NCBI RefSeq assembly: GCF_039654945.1
Contig: NW_027361692.1
Coordinates: 21,018,001 to 21,082,000 of the forward strand
Source: Dendrobates tinctorius
Taxonomy: Eukaryota
DNA length: 64,000 bases
Direction: 5' to 3'
Part shown: positions 23,925 to 36,876 of the stretch, in pieces
Layout of the letters: each line of letters starts with the position of its first letter
Position numbering within the stretch: the stretch's first letter is position 1
Made by a program: the position numbers and the translations under genes
Notes under the pieces: model-generated
Seen by the model: only the letters and a program-made list of their open reading frames with translations
What the model was told of the DNA's origin: nothing
Database searches by the model: none

Positions 23925-25584
23925 AGAGAACCTGTCAGCATGGTTTTTGCAATGCAAAGACACAACTGAAATGGCGCTGTAATACTGATTACATTAATAT
24001 TTTTGATGAAGAAAAAAGCCTGGAGGTTCTTCTATTTGAAGGTTTCTACTAATTAAATTTTGGTGCACAGGGGTTGAACTGCACAGTGGATATTCTCCTC
24101 CCTGTCTGTGATCCCCAGCCCCTCTTCCTTCTGTCACGGTCACGTGTGACTGGATGCAGCGAGTACCGCAAGGCGAACCCATGACACGCGCGACCCTGGA
24201 TACACCGCCTCCAGTTGGGTGAATTTAAATAATAAGACGTGCAGCTGGATACACCGCCTCCAACTGGCAAATTTAGGCATTACACGTATATATAAAGTAG
24301 TCTGGAAACCCCGCCTCCAGTAAGGCGAATTTAAATAATAAAGGGGAACCTGGGTAACATTAAGAATGGTGGGCCCTGCAATAGGGAATAGGGAAGTGGA
24401 GACCTTCTGTACTCCCCTGAGCCAGTGTCCCTGCACTCCTAACGTTCCCTATGCCGGTTCTGCACCGGGCGATGCACAGGAGCTTAAAAACCCTAGCTCG
24501 CCCTGAACCTAAACCCTCACTAGGGAATTGGTCAGTGCAGAAACTAATCCCACCACTGCACTAAACACACATGAGGGAAAATGACAATACAGGGGAAACA
24601 CCACTTAGCTTTGCTCTGTTGCGTACGCTCATAGCAACAGAGCCCACCACCTGTGTGCATCTTCTCCTCCACCCGGATCCATCACCATAACTGGATCCTT
24701 CACCATAGTGCAGCCTTGGAGCAGAGTCCACCACCAGTTGCAGCTGCCCAGTAAACAGAGTCCCAAAGATGAGTCCAGCTTCTGCCAAAAAGTCAAGCAT
24801 GCTTGAGTCCAGTTTTCAGCAACCAAGTCCAACATGCTGCGTGCAACTCTCACTATCATCGCCACTCCACCAAGCCATGCCAGCACTTCCTGCTGACACC
24901 ATAAACTGTGACTCCACCACGCCATGCCAGCCCTTCTTGCAGACCACATAGCTGCCACTCGTCCACTCTGGCTGGACTGCGCAGGACTCATGTTCAGCTC
25001 CCTTTTTCACCCAGGCTTCCTTGTGAATGACTAACACACAATATCACCAACAGTGATTGAAAACACCTGGCTCTCTTTTATAGAGCCTCACACCTGATTT
25101 ATAATTACGTGCACTAAACAAAAGAAACTAAAGTGCACTACCACTCACCACCACCGGGGCAACTTAGAATGAACGACACTACATGTAATAATTCTAATGG
25201 CCACCGGGGGCAATCACATCACTTTGGCACCTAGCCAAAGGAAAAAAAGTTCACTTATCCATTTAATCTGTCAGATCCACGCTGGATCATGACACCTTCC
25301 CCCAGTCTGTAAATGACAGATCACTGCAGATATTTCAAACAAAGGAGGCCAGTCATAGTCTGGAAGAGGCAGATAGGCAGGGAATCACAGACAGGGATGA
25401 GAAGACCCAGAGTACAGTCCAGCCCCTGTGCACCAAAATCTAATTATCATAAAACTTCAAATGATAGCTAAAGAATTTTAACATAGCAGATTTTTTCACC
25501 AAATTTTTCAATTTAACCTGTATTAAAGTGCCATTACAGCCACATCTTTACTTTACATTATAAAATCATGCTGACATGTTCTCT
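23925..25584. mobile_element. Kolobok/T2-type MITE split by a solo LTR
   Basis: TTAA|AGAGAACCTGTCAGCATG ... CATGCTGACATGTTCTCT|TTAT; ~200-bp imperfect inverted arms. Confidence 0.75.
24132..25294. mobile_element. Gypsy-type solo LTR
   Basis: TGTCACG...CATGACA termini; 5-bp TSD CCTTC (24127-24131, 25295-25299). Confidence 0.85.
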
Positions 25585-27085
25585 TTATTATATTCCTGCA
25601 ATGATGAAACTATATGAATTGTAGTAACTGGCCCAAAAGTCAAAATATGTACTACTTTGATACTCTGGTTGACAACATTTCCAACTTCTTGGATTCAAAG
25701 CATTTCTTACACAGTAATGACTTCAAACAACAATATCAAAAATTGAAAGTCAATAAAATTAATACAATCTTTATTAATAATATATAAAAACCATCATACA
25801 CATATAGACACAAAACTGAATACACAGACAATGAAAAGCCAGGGGATGTCACTATAAAAGCAGTAAGGATGTAGTGAAAACCTTGCTGGATAGATAATAA
25901 TATAGATTTGGGAGTAGATTTGTTACAAATTAACTTGTTATATAATATAGACTAGTAAATGATCATATATGTGCACACTTTGAAATTGAAGAAAAGAAAA
26001 TGTTACACAATACTTGAAAAATATTTGAAAACAATCAAAAACGCACAATGCACAAAAATATAATGGCCTTGCAGCACAGCTATTCCATTATGAATCACTA
26101 CACATTAAATGGAAGCCATCATCACAAAATGACCTATTGTTTAAAAATCACCTATCACCAGTGTGGGGCTGTAATGTTTGTTTAACCCCTTAACCCCAGG
26201 AGATATTTTTGTTTTGCATTTCTGTTTGTTTCTGCCTTTTTACCAGAGCCATAGCTTTTTAATTTTTTGGTCAATATGGCCATGTGAGGGCTTGTTTTTT
26301 GTGGAACTAGTAGTACTTTTGAACGACACCATTGGTTTTAACATATTGTGTACAAAGCATAAATAGGGCGTTATCCAGACAAGAAGCATTTAATTATGCA
26401 TAAACTACTAGGGGTGTTGTCAGGAGGCACAACACTAAGAAGGGCTCAGAAATAGAAGTTCCAGCTGTTGCGCATCCGCAGGTTGGTAGATACAACTTAG
26501 AAATGAGGAGGTGTGGAGAAGCAGATATCATTTGCTGCTGCTTATTGCTGCATATAGAAAATAAGATAAAAACAACATGAACAAATACCCTGTAATAAAT
26601 AAACGCATAGTGATAAAACATATAAATAAAATAGGGTATTGTTTTTTAATCAAAAAAGCGTAAAAGCAATCCCACTACGACAAGGTATCTAAAGTTCAAT
26701 TAGGACAGTACCTAAAGTTCACCTCACTATGTGTCAGCAGATGTAAGGAATGCTAAGCTGACAAGTAGGTGGCACTTCAAGGGCATTAATTTTTATCATT
26801 TTGACATTTTTTTAATTTTAGAAAATGTTTGCAATATTTAAATATTGCTATATCTTGCTTTCCTTTTCAGAATTTTTTGGGTTGTTTTTGGTATCTCTTA
26901 TTTAAAGAAAAAAGTAAAACTGTCTAAATGATCATTTGAAATAAATAGAAGCAGGTGTAAGGAATTTTTTTTACTGCTTACAATATGTGTGGAGCTTAGT
27001 TGGTTGAAGGAATTGAAGGAAGCTCTCCCATGGTTTGATACATTTACAACAATTAGTATAAACCATAGTGCAAATTCATGCCAGT

Positions 27086-28079
27086 TGTGAGGCAGTGACC
27101 TGTGTCATATGCATGTGTCGCTATATGTCCCCCCCATGATGCACACAGAAACATATTGAGGCCGCGGGAGCGCATTGCAGTCACAGGTCCAAATCTGCTG
27201 TCAGGCAGGAATGTGGGCGTGTCTTCTGCAACAGAGATACAGGGAGGTGGTTGGTCACATAACAAAGCGTGGAGGAGAAACACAAAGGAGAGGAATGCAT
27301 GAGTCACCCGCTGGTTCCAGTCCCTAAAAAACTTTGGTTTCTCAGTGGAGCATTGGGCAAGGAAGTCACAGGTACATGCGGATGCCCTGTCACATAACCC
27401 CTGTATGGTGGCAAGTGTTCATCCCCACAAGTTGTAACAGAGGAGGAACGTATGTGAGGCAGTGACCAGTGTCACTAAGTCTCCCCCCAGGATGCGTACT
27501 GAAGTGTATTGAGGCCATGGGAGTGCATTGCAGTCACAGGCATAGCTGTGATTGCAATGCAAACTAAAAGTAAGTGTTGGTCTTAGGCAAGTTATTTGTC
27601 CAAGGCAGATTTAAGAAAACTTGCTATGGGCTTTTATTTTTTAAATGGACTACAGGATAGTAGTGGGGCAGTCCATTTCCTTCCCGGCCGGGTTTTCCAT
27701 GTGACCTCCAGCCACAGGTACCTTGTAAAAACCCCTGTAGTAGATGGTTGGGTGTGTTAGTTTGGTCTTGCAAGCATGCAGAGCAAAAAGCTCTGCAGAG
27801 CTCCACCTGTGTGAGGCAACACAGGGCCAAGCAAAGCAAAAAGGTTTGGCTCACCTCAGTGTGCACGGCGGTGCAGTTGCCCACAGCATTGGGTCTTGGA
27901 TGTGAACTGTCTTGTTTCCCTGGCAGCGATCCGGACGTGGACTGTCTTGTTCCCGGCTGCAATCCGGAGGACATCGTGTGCTGTGTATTTACGTGAGTGG
28001 GACATTTAAACACGATTTGCTTTGAACTTTGCTGGGTCACTGCCTCATCACTGCACAGTTTGGATACTGCTGCACTACA
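27086..28079 (+). mobile_element. Internally deleted Gmr1-like Gypsy LTR element
   Basis: TGTGAGGCAGTGACC at 27086 and ~27454; end ...CTACA; 4-bp TSD CAGT; residual RNase H C-terminus (VTRWFQSLKNFGFSVEH...ADALS) directly before a purine tract and the 3' LTR. Confidence 0.75.
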
Positions 28080-28293
28080 CAGTCCATAGCAAATAAAACA
28101 TTTCCCACCACAACTATTTTTCATTCTTTTCACGTTTATTATTTGAACACGACTCACAACAGCCATTATTTTTCAAAAAGATAGTCACAAAGAAATGTCA
28201 CAGCAATTATACAGAAAATTAAAATAAAAAAACGTGAAAAACAACAATCTAAAAATCATATAAACCTAACCAGTAAAAAGAACAAAAATGAAA

Positions 28294-30840
28294 TCACAAA
28301 AACACTGACATGTCCAACTTATCATTGAAACCTCTCAGTCCCATTACTTGTAAACGCATTATCCACCTGGCTTCTCTTCTCAACAGTAATCTATGTAGAT
28401 CACCACCCTGTGGAGGCAAGATCAACTTCTCTATGCCAGCAAAGTGCAATACATTTGGGATACCTACATGGACTTCTCTGATATGATTAATCAAACGTGG
28501 AACCCCCTTCCCAGTCCTAATAGAATTAGCATGATCTCTAAATCTAATAAACAGATGTCTGATTGTTTTGCCGATATAGAAAAAATGCACCGACAGAATA
28601 ATGCATGTACGAAATAATTAGTTTTACATGATATAAAATCCTAAACAAAATGAGAAATCAAACCAATTTTAAGAGTATTACCTGTGATATGCTGGGGGCA
28701 AAAGGAACAATGGCCACATCTAAATACCCGAACTGAGCCAATCTTTTTTTTATTATTTTCAACCCCTAAATGTTTACGTACTAAAATATCCCGTAGATTC
28801 ATACCTCGCCTACAAGTAATCAGGGGGCCTCTCATCACAATATCAGAAATTTCCTTACCACGTTCCAACAAATGCCAATTTTTTCTAATCACAGACCAAA
28901 TGTAATATTTCCATTGACCCATATTTAAAACAGAACACAAATCTCCTTTCTTTATTTTGTCTACCTTTTCCTGGTAAATCAACGGAGGTGCGTGATTTTT
29001 CCAATGCTGAATCTAAGAGATGTGTGACGTATCCTCTATTTCGAAATCTATCATAAACCCTTTTAAGTCTGAGAAATTGACTCAGTGCTTGTTTCACATG
29101 GAAAGGATGAGCACTGTCATAATGAAGAAGAGCATTGGTAGAAGATGGTTTTCGAAACACCTCAGTGTGAAGAGTTCCCTGATCTATATGGATTTCCACA
29201 TCTAAAAATTCTAAAGACAAACCTCCAAAAATGGAGGTAAACTTCATATTCATATCATTAGACCCATTGAGAAACTCCAAAAATGAATGGAAGTCCTCTC
29301 TGGACTCATCCCACACTATGAACTCATCATTCACATACCTCATATAGAGTTTTATATACTTCAAAAAACTGTTTTTCTCCAAATAAGCAAATCTCTCCTC
29401 AAAAAGCACCAAAAATAAATTTGCAAAAGTACAAGCTACCGGAGGTACCAATTCTGACCAAATTGGAATGCATAGCATTTTAAAATGAAGGCTAAACCCT
29501 CACACACAAAATCAACAAAAGATGGGGTCCTCTCCGTGCTGTTCAAAATCTCCCTAATAGCACTAATACCAACGTCATGTGGAATCCTAGTGTAGAAGCT
29601 TTCTACATCTATGAATACTAATTGAATACCATCCTGCCAAATGAAATCCTTAAGGGATTCCAAAAATTGTTTGGTGTCTTTGATGTAAGATGGAGTAACA
29701 GGCGTAATAGCCACTCCATGTATTGGGACAAAGGTTCGGTTAATGATCCTATACAATACAATCGGGCTTCCTGGAGGTGACAAACGTGACTTGTGCATTT
29801 TGGGGAGATGATACCAATATGGTTTGCAAGGGAACTCCGGTAGCAATTTTTCCAATTTTTTCTTTGAAGCAATACCCAACTCCACAAATTTGCTCAAAAA
29901 GGTACGTAATTCATATTTATATTTAAAAGTCGGGTCCTGTTGTAACAACTGGTTGATGTCTATATCGGATAGCTGTCTAGATGCCTCTGCCAAATATTGA
30001 TTCTTTGGCAACAAAACTTTGTTGTCACCTTTATCAGCAGTTCTGATAATAGTATCTGCCCAACCATTAATCTCCAACAACACCTTTTTTCTTCCGAAGA
30101 TAAACTAGCAGGGAGTTTATGGTATATTAACGCCTACCAGGTGAAATGTGGGGTGTATAAGTCGAGAGAACACTACCTGAGAAAGGATCAAATTTATACA
30201 AATCTTGGACCATTCCACTATGATTAGACTGCGGAGACGATAGATCTAATAAACCAACAGCATCATCTCTCATATCAGCCAAAGAATTAGTACCAGCCAT
30301 GAAGGCTAAAGGGCCTACAGTGCCGTGCTCTAACCCTTAAAACATGCATGGTTTGTCTGATTGGATGATATGAAAGATTTCTGAAGATGCATTTTCCTAA
30401 TTGCTTTGAAAAGGTCAATTTTGAAATCAGTGAGGTTAAACTCATCAGGTATGCAAAAATTTAACCCTTTAGACAAAACAGATAAATGCGCCAAATTAAG
30501 TACATGGTCAGTCAAATTAATCACAGAAAAAATCAAATCACTCTGATCGGCCCCTATCTCCACAAGACTTGCCTCCGTTTCCTTTTCCTACCCCCTGGGC
30601 ACATTCTGTGTCTAAAGGGGGTGCTGAAGATGAACCTGCAATCGATATACGAGAAAGTTCAAAAGAACCAGATGGAGTCACCGTTTCCTCCTGGGCACTC
30701 GAGTCAGAATCTGTGGTAAGGTAATCCTTTTTATATTTAATAGATCTTTTATTTCTGAATCTTGAAGATCTAAACTTTCTCTGATTCGGATTACCCTTAT
30801 TCCAAGAAAAAATTTGAATTAATCTCATAGTCCTTTCTTT
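28294..30840 (-). pseudogene. Degenerate Penelope-like (Neptune) element: RT plus GIY-YIG endonuclease
   Basis: INLT...LSKGLNFC, ADKG, LPKMHK...PGSPIV, DVESFYT, FANLF, YMRYVND, FRKPS, CGHCSFC, FYIGKT.R.L..RFRDH; many frameshifts. Confidence 0.9.
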
Positions 30841-31069
30841 TAGGCAAGGTCACTTCAGTAACCTAAGTAAGGCACAGAGTAACAAGTTTATAATTGATGT
30901 TCTTATGTATTAAACAAGGGACTGATGGTTAGTACCTGATATTAAGAGGTGTGTTGGGTTAGGTGCAGCATCCACCGGTGAAAGCTAATTGATTGCCGCA
31001 GCATGTCTCCCCCTGCCCAACGAGAGCCGTTTCGCTAAGTAGCTTCTTCCTTGTTCCTCTGTGCAGCTT

Positions 31070-32020
31070 CCTGGTGTATTCCAACCTATTAACCCTACAT
31101 TATACCCAGATTTCCAACAGTGATATGGGCAATGTGCAATACTGCTCTTTTTGCAGATACTTAGTAGTAACAAAACGATGGCTGATTTTTGTCTAATGAG
31201 GCATGCTGAATCTTGTAGTGACTAATTTGCATGTTAGAACCTCATGTATTTACATCTAACCTATATATCCAGATTTTGTTTTTTACATAAGCACTTTAAT
31301 TACCATCTTGTTACTCTGTACTGCTCCCTGGTGTATTCTAACCTATTAACCCCACATTATACCCAGGTTTCTAAAAGTCATATGGGCAATGTGCAATACT
31401 GCTCCTTTTGCAGATACTTAGTAGTAACAAAACAATGGCTGATTTTTGTCTACTGATGCATGTTGAATTTTGTAGTGACTAATTTGCATGTTAGAACCTC
31501 TGAGTATTCATGTGCAATATTGCTTTTTGCAAAACTTAAGGTTCTGTCACACTTAGCAATGTACCAGCAATCCCTACCAGCGATATGACGCGGTCAGGAT
31601 CGCTGGTACATCGCTAAGTGGTCACTAGTGAGCTGCCACACAGGCAGATCTCACCAGCGACATCGCTGGGGATGGGGGTCGCTATTTACCTGTCACACTA
31701 GGCGATCCTGACGTCCTCCCGCCCGGCTCCACACGTCACTCATCTCTCCACAGCAAGCGCCGCAGGTAGCTGACGACGAGAAACAGTCCTGGACGTTCTC
31801 GCGCGATCAGCGATAACCAGCAGGGGAGCAGGTCGGAGGTAAGTATCACACACAGCGATATCGCTAGCAATATCGCTATAACGTCACAAGTTATAGCGAT
31901 ATTGCTAGCAATATCGCTTAGTGTGACAGTACCTTTAGTAGTAACAAACAATGGTAATTATTGTCATCTACTAAGGCATGTTGATTCTTGTAGTGACTAA
32001 TTTGCATGTAAGAACCTTTT
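31070..32020. repeat. ~260-bp unit repeated 2-3 times; third copy interrupted by a MITE
   Basis: ...TTTTGCAGATACTTAGTAGTAACAAAAC...GTAGTGACTAATTTGCATGT recurs. Confidence 0.8.
31539..31934. mobile_element. PIF/Harbinger-type MITE
   Basis: TIR AGGTTCTGTCACACT / AGTGTGACAGTACCT; TTA TSD; the empty site is visible in the neighbouring repeat copies. Confidence 0.85.
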
Positions 32021-32039
32021 TGTATTTATACATACCTAT

Positions 32040-33356
32040 AGGGTTAATTTTTGTTTCTTCCATGTCTTTGTTACTATCTTTGCCGCAGCTTATCCCCCTC
32101 TTTTTTGGAGGCCTTTTGCCCTGTCTTTTTAATTCTCTTATTTTTTAATATTTTCAAGAATAATTTTTTAACCATTTATATTTTCTGTTATCTTCACTTT
32201 CTTTCCACATGACATATATCATTGTGGAATATGTTGAGCCCAAGAAAAAATTTGGCCTGATTCAAAATCATTTTTGTCTCTGATAAATTTGTCCCATTTT
32301 CTGTTTTTGACTTCAGTCTGAATAGGAACCAGTCTGCTATCCAATTTCCTATTGAATTGCTACCACTGACTTTCAGAAAATCTGGTTCTCAATTCGTCCT
32401 TCGTTTTTTCCATTTCCTCTTTCAGTAGATCATAATTCTGCATGTTGTACTTTAGGACTAGCTGTAAAAGATCCTGAGAACGCTACAAAAAAATCTTTTC
32501 CTATTCAGCAGTAAATGAGGGGTTATATTTAAAGTGGGAATTTTCCTTAAAAATTCATTCTTACACCACAAGGGACTCTGCCACATTCCACATGCGATTT
32601 CAGTGAATTGATCATCCAGAACAGATTAATTTCTCTTTCAGCTAAATTGCTGAATTTTTGTTCCAACATTTTGGTACTAAATGAGTGTATGTCATCTTGC
32701 TGTTCACACTCTAAAAATAACTATCAACATTCTCACGACCTACCTGTAACCCATACAAAGTAGATGGTGTTTCTGACTCCATTTTGCTAGTCAAAAGAAT
32801 GTGCAAAAGCTTAGCGGGTACAGACTGGCTAACAGGAGTATACTGATATGTGTGCCGGATCGTATAAAACAGTCTTGAGGCAAATGTCAAAAGAAGAGAA
32901 AACCGCACCACAATCATTCCGGAGCCCAATGTCTGTTGTACACAATTACCTCGCTTCTAGCATAATTGCACTGGATCATGGATGCCAACCCATAGGAAAT
33001 ATTGGGGGAAGTGTTCAGCCTTGCAAGAGGCATATCTTCCCCGTCATTTCTCTTGAACTCACAGGATCCGTAGAAGAGCAGGTGCGTGAAACAGCCGTCA
33101 TCCGTTCATCGTTCACTGGTTCTAAATCGTACCTGACTGTATGAAGATGTTTTTACGTCTATGAATAAAGTTTGGATTTTTTAATAATGGTGAGTGCCAC
33201 CTTTTTGCCCTCTTTTGCATGTTATACTGTTTCCTATGGGTTGGCAACCATGAGCCAGTGCAATTTGGCTAGAAGCGATGTAATTGTGTACAACAGACAT
33301 TGGTCTCCAGAGTGATTGCGGTGCGGTTTTCTCTTCTTTGGACATTTGCTTCAAGA
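32040..33356 (-). mobile_element. 5' part of a Penelope-like element with an inverted pLTR
   Basis: Minus-strand RKWDKFIRDKNDFESGQIFSW resembles the Neptune N-terminal motif (KFQRDVEDKKLVRMYKW in the 1036-aa ORF); ~128-bp inverted arms 32873-33000 / 33229-33356; hammerhead-like motif at 33064-33103. Confidence 0.7.
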
Positions 33357-33882
33357 ATTATAACTAATGGTCACTCTGTTTAAGATTTAGCCAGGATTCC
33401 AAAAAGAACTTGCGCTTCCTTTGTATTGTCTTTACATACTCAACGTTGTACATCCAACTGAAAGCTGCTTGGCAGTTTTCCCCAGTATTTTCTTGAGGGC
33501 TTCTACACACACAACTGTAAAAATTTGATGCTATCCATCGTTTTCATGGACAACACTCATCCCCATGTTCTTCTATGGGACTCTGCACATTTCTGACTTT
33601 TTCCACGGACCGAGTCAGTCCAGAGCAAAATTCACAGCATGCATGATTTATATCCAATATCGTATAACACTTGAACATTCATGTCTAAAGGTCCTTGGAA
33701 AATATCTGACCACACTCGGATGACAACTGAGTACAGTCTGATTTTCACTGACTGACAAAATGTAGAAGATGGAGAATTTTTTATACTTCACCTTTCACAT
33801 GTAAGAAAATAAGATCACACTGTGATTCATAGCGTGATTAACATAATCAGTCCGATTTTCTCAGATGTGACCGTAACCTTAA

Positions 33883-34965
33883 CCCCTTTCTGACATGAGT
33901 TGTACTATCCCGTCCTTGTGCCCTGCGCCCCTATGACCATGGATGGAAAAGTACATCTCAGAGATCGGCTGTGCACATTGACCGCTCCCAGCACTTTACC
34001 CCTGGAATACTGCCATCAAAAACCACTGCAGCATTCCGGGAGCAGGTAGAGGGCTGACAGCCCCTCTGTCTTTGGATCGTAGACCCCGCGGCATGACGCT
34101 AGGTCCTGATCATTCAAATGGTAACCCGATGTCCTGCAGCTCTGACAGCTTCTGTAGCATGCATGCTATAGAAGCGATCAGCCTACACAAAATGATTGTC
34201 CTATAGTGGGCCAAGGTGTAAAAATTAGAATTAAGTAAAAAAAAAATGTAAAAATTGTAAAAATATTTTTTTAAAAATAAAAAAATAAATATTTATTCTT
34301 TCATTAAATCAATATTTGAATAAAAAATACTTAACCCCTTTAGTGAACACCATAAAAAACAAGGCAAAAAGTAATGCTTTATCATCATACCGTCGAACAA
34401 AAAGTGGAATAACACACAATCAAAACAACGGATATAAAGAAGCATGGTACTCCTGAAAATGTAATTTTGTCCCACAAAAAATGAGCTGCCATACAGAGTC
34501 ATCAGCGAAAAATAAAAACATTATAGCTGTCAGAATAAAGTGATGCAAAAACATTTATTTTTTCTACAAATTCGTTTTTATTATTTAAAAGCACCAAAAC
34601 ATAAAAAATATATAAATGAGGTGTCGCTGTAATCGTACTGACCTGAAGAATAAAACTGCCTTATCAATTTTAGCACAGGTGGAATGATGTAAACGCTCCC
34701 TCCAAAAGAAATTCATGAATTGCTGTTTTTTGCTTATTCTGTCCCCCAAAAATCGAAATAGAAAGCAATCAAAAAATGTCATGTGCCCTGAAAATAATAC
34801 CAATAAAACATCAGCTCGTCCTGCAAAAAACAAGACTTCGCATAACTCTGTGGACCAAAATATGGAAAAATTATAGCTCTCAAAATGTAGTGATGCAAAA
34901 ACTATTTTTTGCAATAAAATGCGTCTTTTAGCGTGTGACAGCTGCCAAACATAAAAAACCGCTAT
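33883..34965. mobile_element. Truncated piggyBac-like non-autonomous element
   Basis: TTAA|CCCCTTT terminus followed by AT-rich subterminal repeats. Confidence 0.5.
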
Positions 34966-35699
34966 AATGCCTCTTTCACACGTCCTGATATTTCCGGTAC
35001 CGGAGATGTCGGTGTCTGTGTGTGCAATACTTGCGGCACACTTGTGGCATGTGTGTGTCGTATCAGCACCACACGGACGGGTGCCAGGGAAGAAGCGTTG
35101 CAGTCAGCGCTGTTCCTGGCACTGGGTGCTGAACATGGCTCTTGTCATTCTCCCCTGCTCAGCCAGCAATCGGCGCCAGCAGGTGAGAATGAGTTACATT
35201 TAACCCCTTAACGACTGCTGATATGCCTTTTAACAGTGGTAGTTAAAGGTACTTAAACCACACCACTGCTTTTTATTGGCACTAAGGTTTAAGGTTATAG
35301 CGCCCCCCAGCATCAGAATTTCTCTGGGGTCTCGGTTACCAGGGATAACCGAGACCCCTGAGAATGTGATTCGGGTTGTTTCTTATTGACCTTGATGTTG
35401 CAATCACTGTTATTAATCACCCCCCAGTAGCTCCGTTTTCCCTGCAGCCCCCCCTGAAGTCCCCAGGGCCTCCGGCTTCTTCCGGGAGAAAATGGTGGGT
35501 GCATGCGCAGTGCGCCCACCGAGATCTACCGGCAGGCACCCAACAACAATAGAAGATTTTTTCCTATTGGTTCATTTTGATCACTGTGATAGACCCTATC
35601 ACAGTGATCAAAATAAAAAAAATAGTAAATCAGACTTCCCTTTATCACCCCCTTAGTTAGGGAAAATAAAATAAAAAAAATTTTTATTTCCATTTTCCC

Positions 35700-35935
35700 A
35701 TTAGGGTTAGAGTTGGGCTAAAGTGAGTTTTGCTAAAGTTAGGGTTAGGGTTGGGGCTAAAGTTAGGGTTATGGTTGGGGCTAAAGTTAGGTTTAGGGTT
35801 GGGGCTTAAGTTAGGGTTAGGGTTGGGGCTAGAGTTGGGGTTAGGGTTTGGGTTAGGGTTGGGATTAAGGTTGTGTTAGGGTAAGGTTTGCAGTTAGAGT
35901 TAAGGTTGTGTTGGGTTAGGGTTAGAGTTAGAATT
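35700..35935 (+). repeat. Degenerate TTAGGG interstitial telomere-like tract
   Basis: TTAGGG, TTGGGG and TTAGAG variants with a GGGGCTAAAG(TTAGGG)2 sub-period. Confidence 0.85.
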
Positions 35936-36876
35936 GGGGGGTATCCACTGTTTAGGCACATCAGGGGCTCTCCAAACTCGACATGTTGCCTGATCTCAAT
36001 TCCAGCCAATTCTGAGTTGAAAAAGTCAAATGGTGCTCTTTCCATTCCAAGCTCTGCTGTGCGCTCAGTGATATACCCCCACATATGAGGTATCGACAAA
36101 CTCAGGACAAATAGGACAACAATTTTTGGGGTCCAATTTCACCTATTACCCTTGTAAAAATAAAAAATTGGGGCAAAAAGGTAATTTTTGTGAAAAAATA
36201 TGATTTTTTATTTTTACGGCTTTACGTTATAAACTTCTGTGAAGCACTTGGGGGTTCAAAGTACTCACCACAAATCTAGATAAGTTCCTTAGGGGGTCTA
36301 GTTTCCAAAATGGGGTTTCTTGTGGGGGGTTTCCAATGTTTAGGCACATCAGGGGCTTTCCAAATGCGACAAGATGTCCGATTTCAATTCCAGCCAATTT
36401 TGGTTTGAAAAAGTCAAATGGTGCTTCTTCCTTTCCGAGCTCTGCCGTGTGCCCAAGCAGTGGTTTTCCCCACATATGGGGTATCAGTATACTCAGGACA
36501 AGTTGGGCAACAACTTTTGGGGCCCAATTACTCCTGTTACCATTGGGAAAATTAAAAAATTGGGGACTAAAAGATCATGTTTGTGGACAAAATATGATTT
36601 TTTATTTTCACACCCGGGCATTATAAACTTTAGTGAAACACCTGGGGGTTCAAAGTTCTCACCACACATCTAGACTAGATAAGTTCCTTGTGGGGTCTAG
36701 TTTCCAAAATTGTGTCAATTGTGAGGGGTTTCAACTGGTTAGGCACATCAGGGGCTCTCCAAATACTAAATGGCGTCCGATCTCAATTACAGCCAATTTT
36801 GCACTGAAAAAGTAAAACGGCGCTCCTTTCCTTCCAAGGTCTGCCATGCACCCAAACAATGGTTTAACCCCACATA

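Noticed and set aside
35700-35935. Chromosome fusion scar
   Set aside because: The repeats are in a single orientation, degenerate and embedded in a TE; there is no head-to-head TTAGGG/CCCTAA junction.
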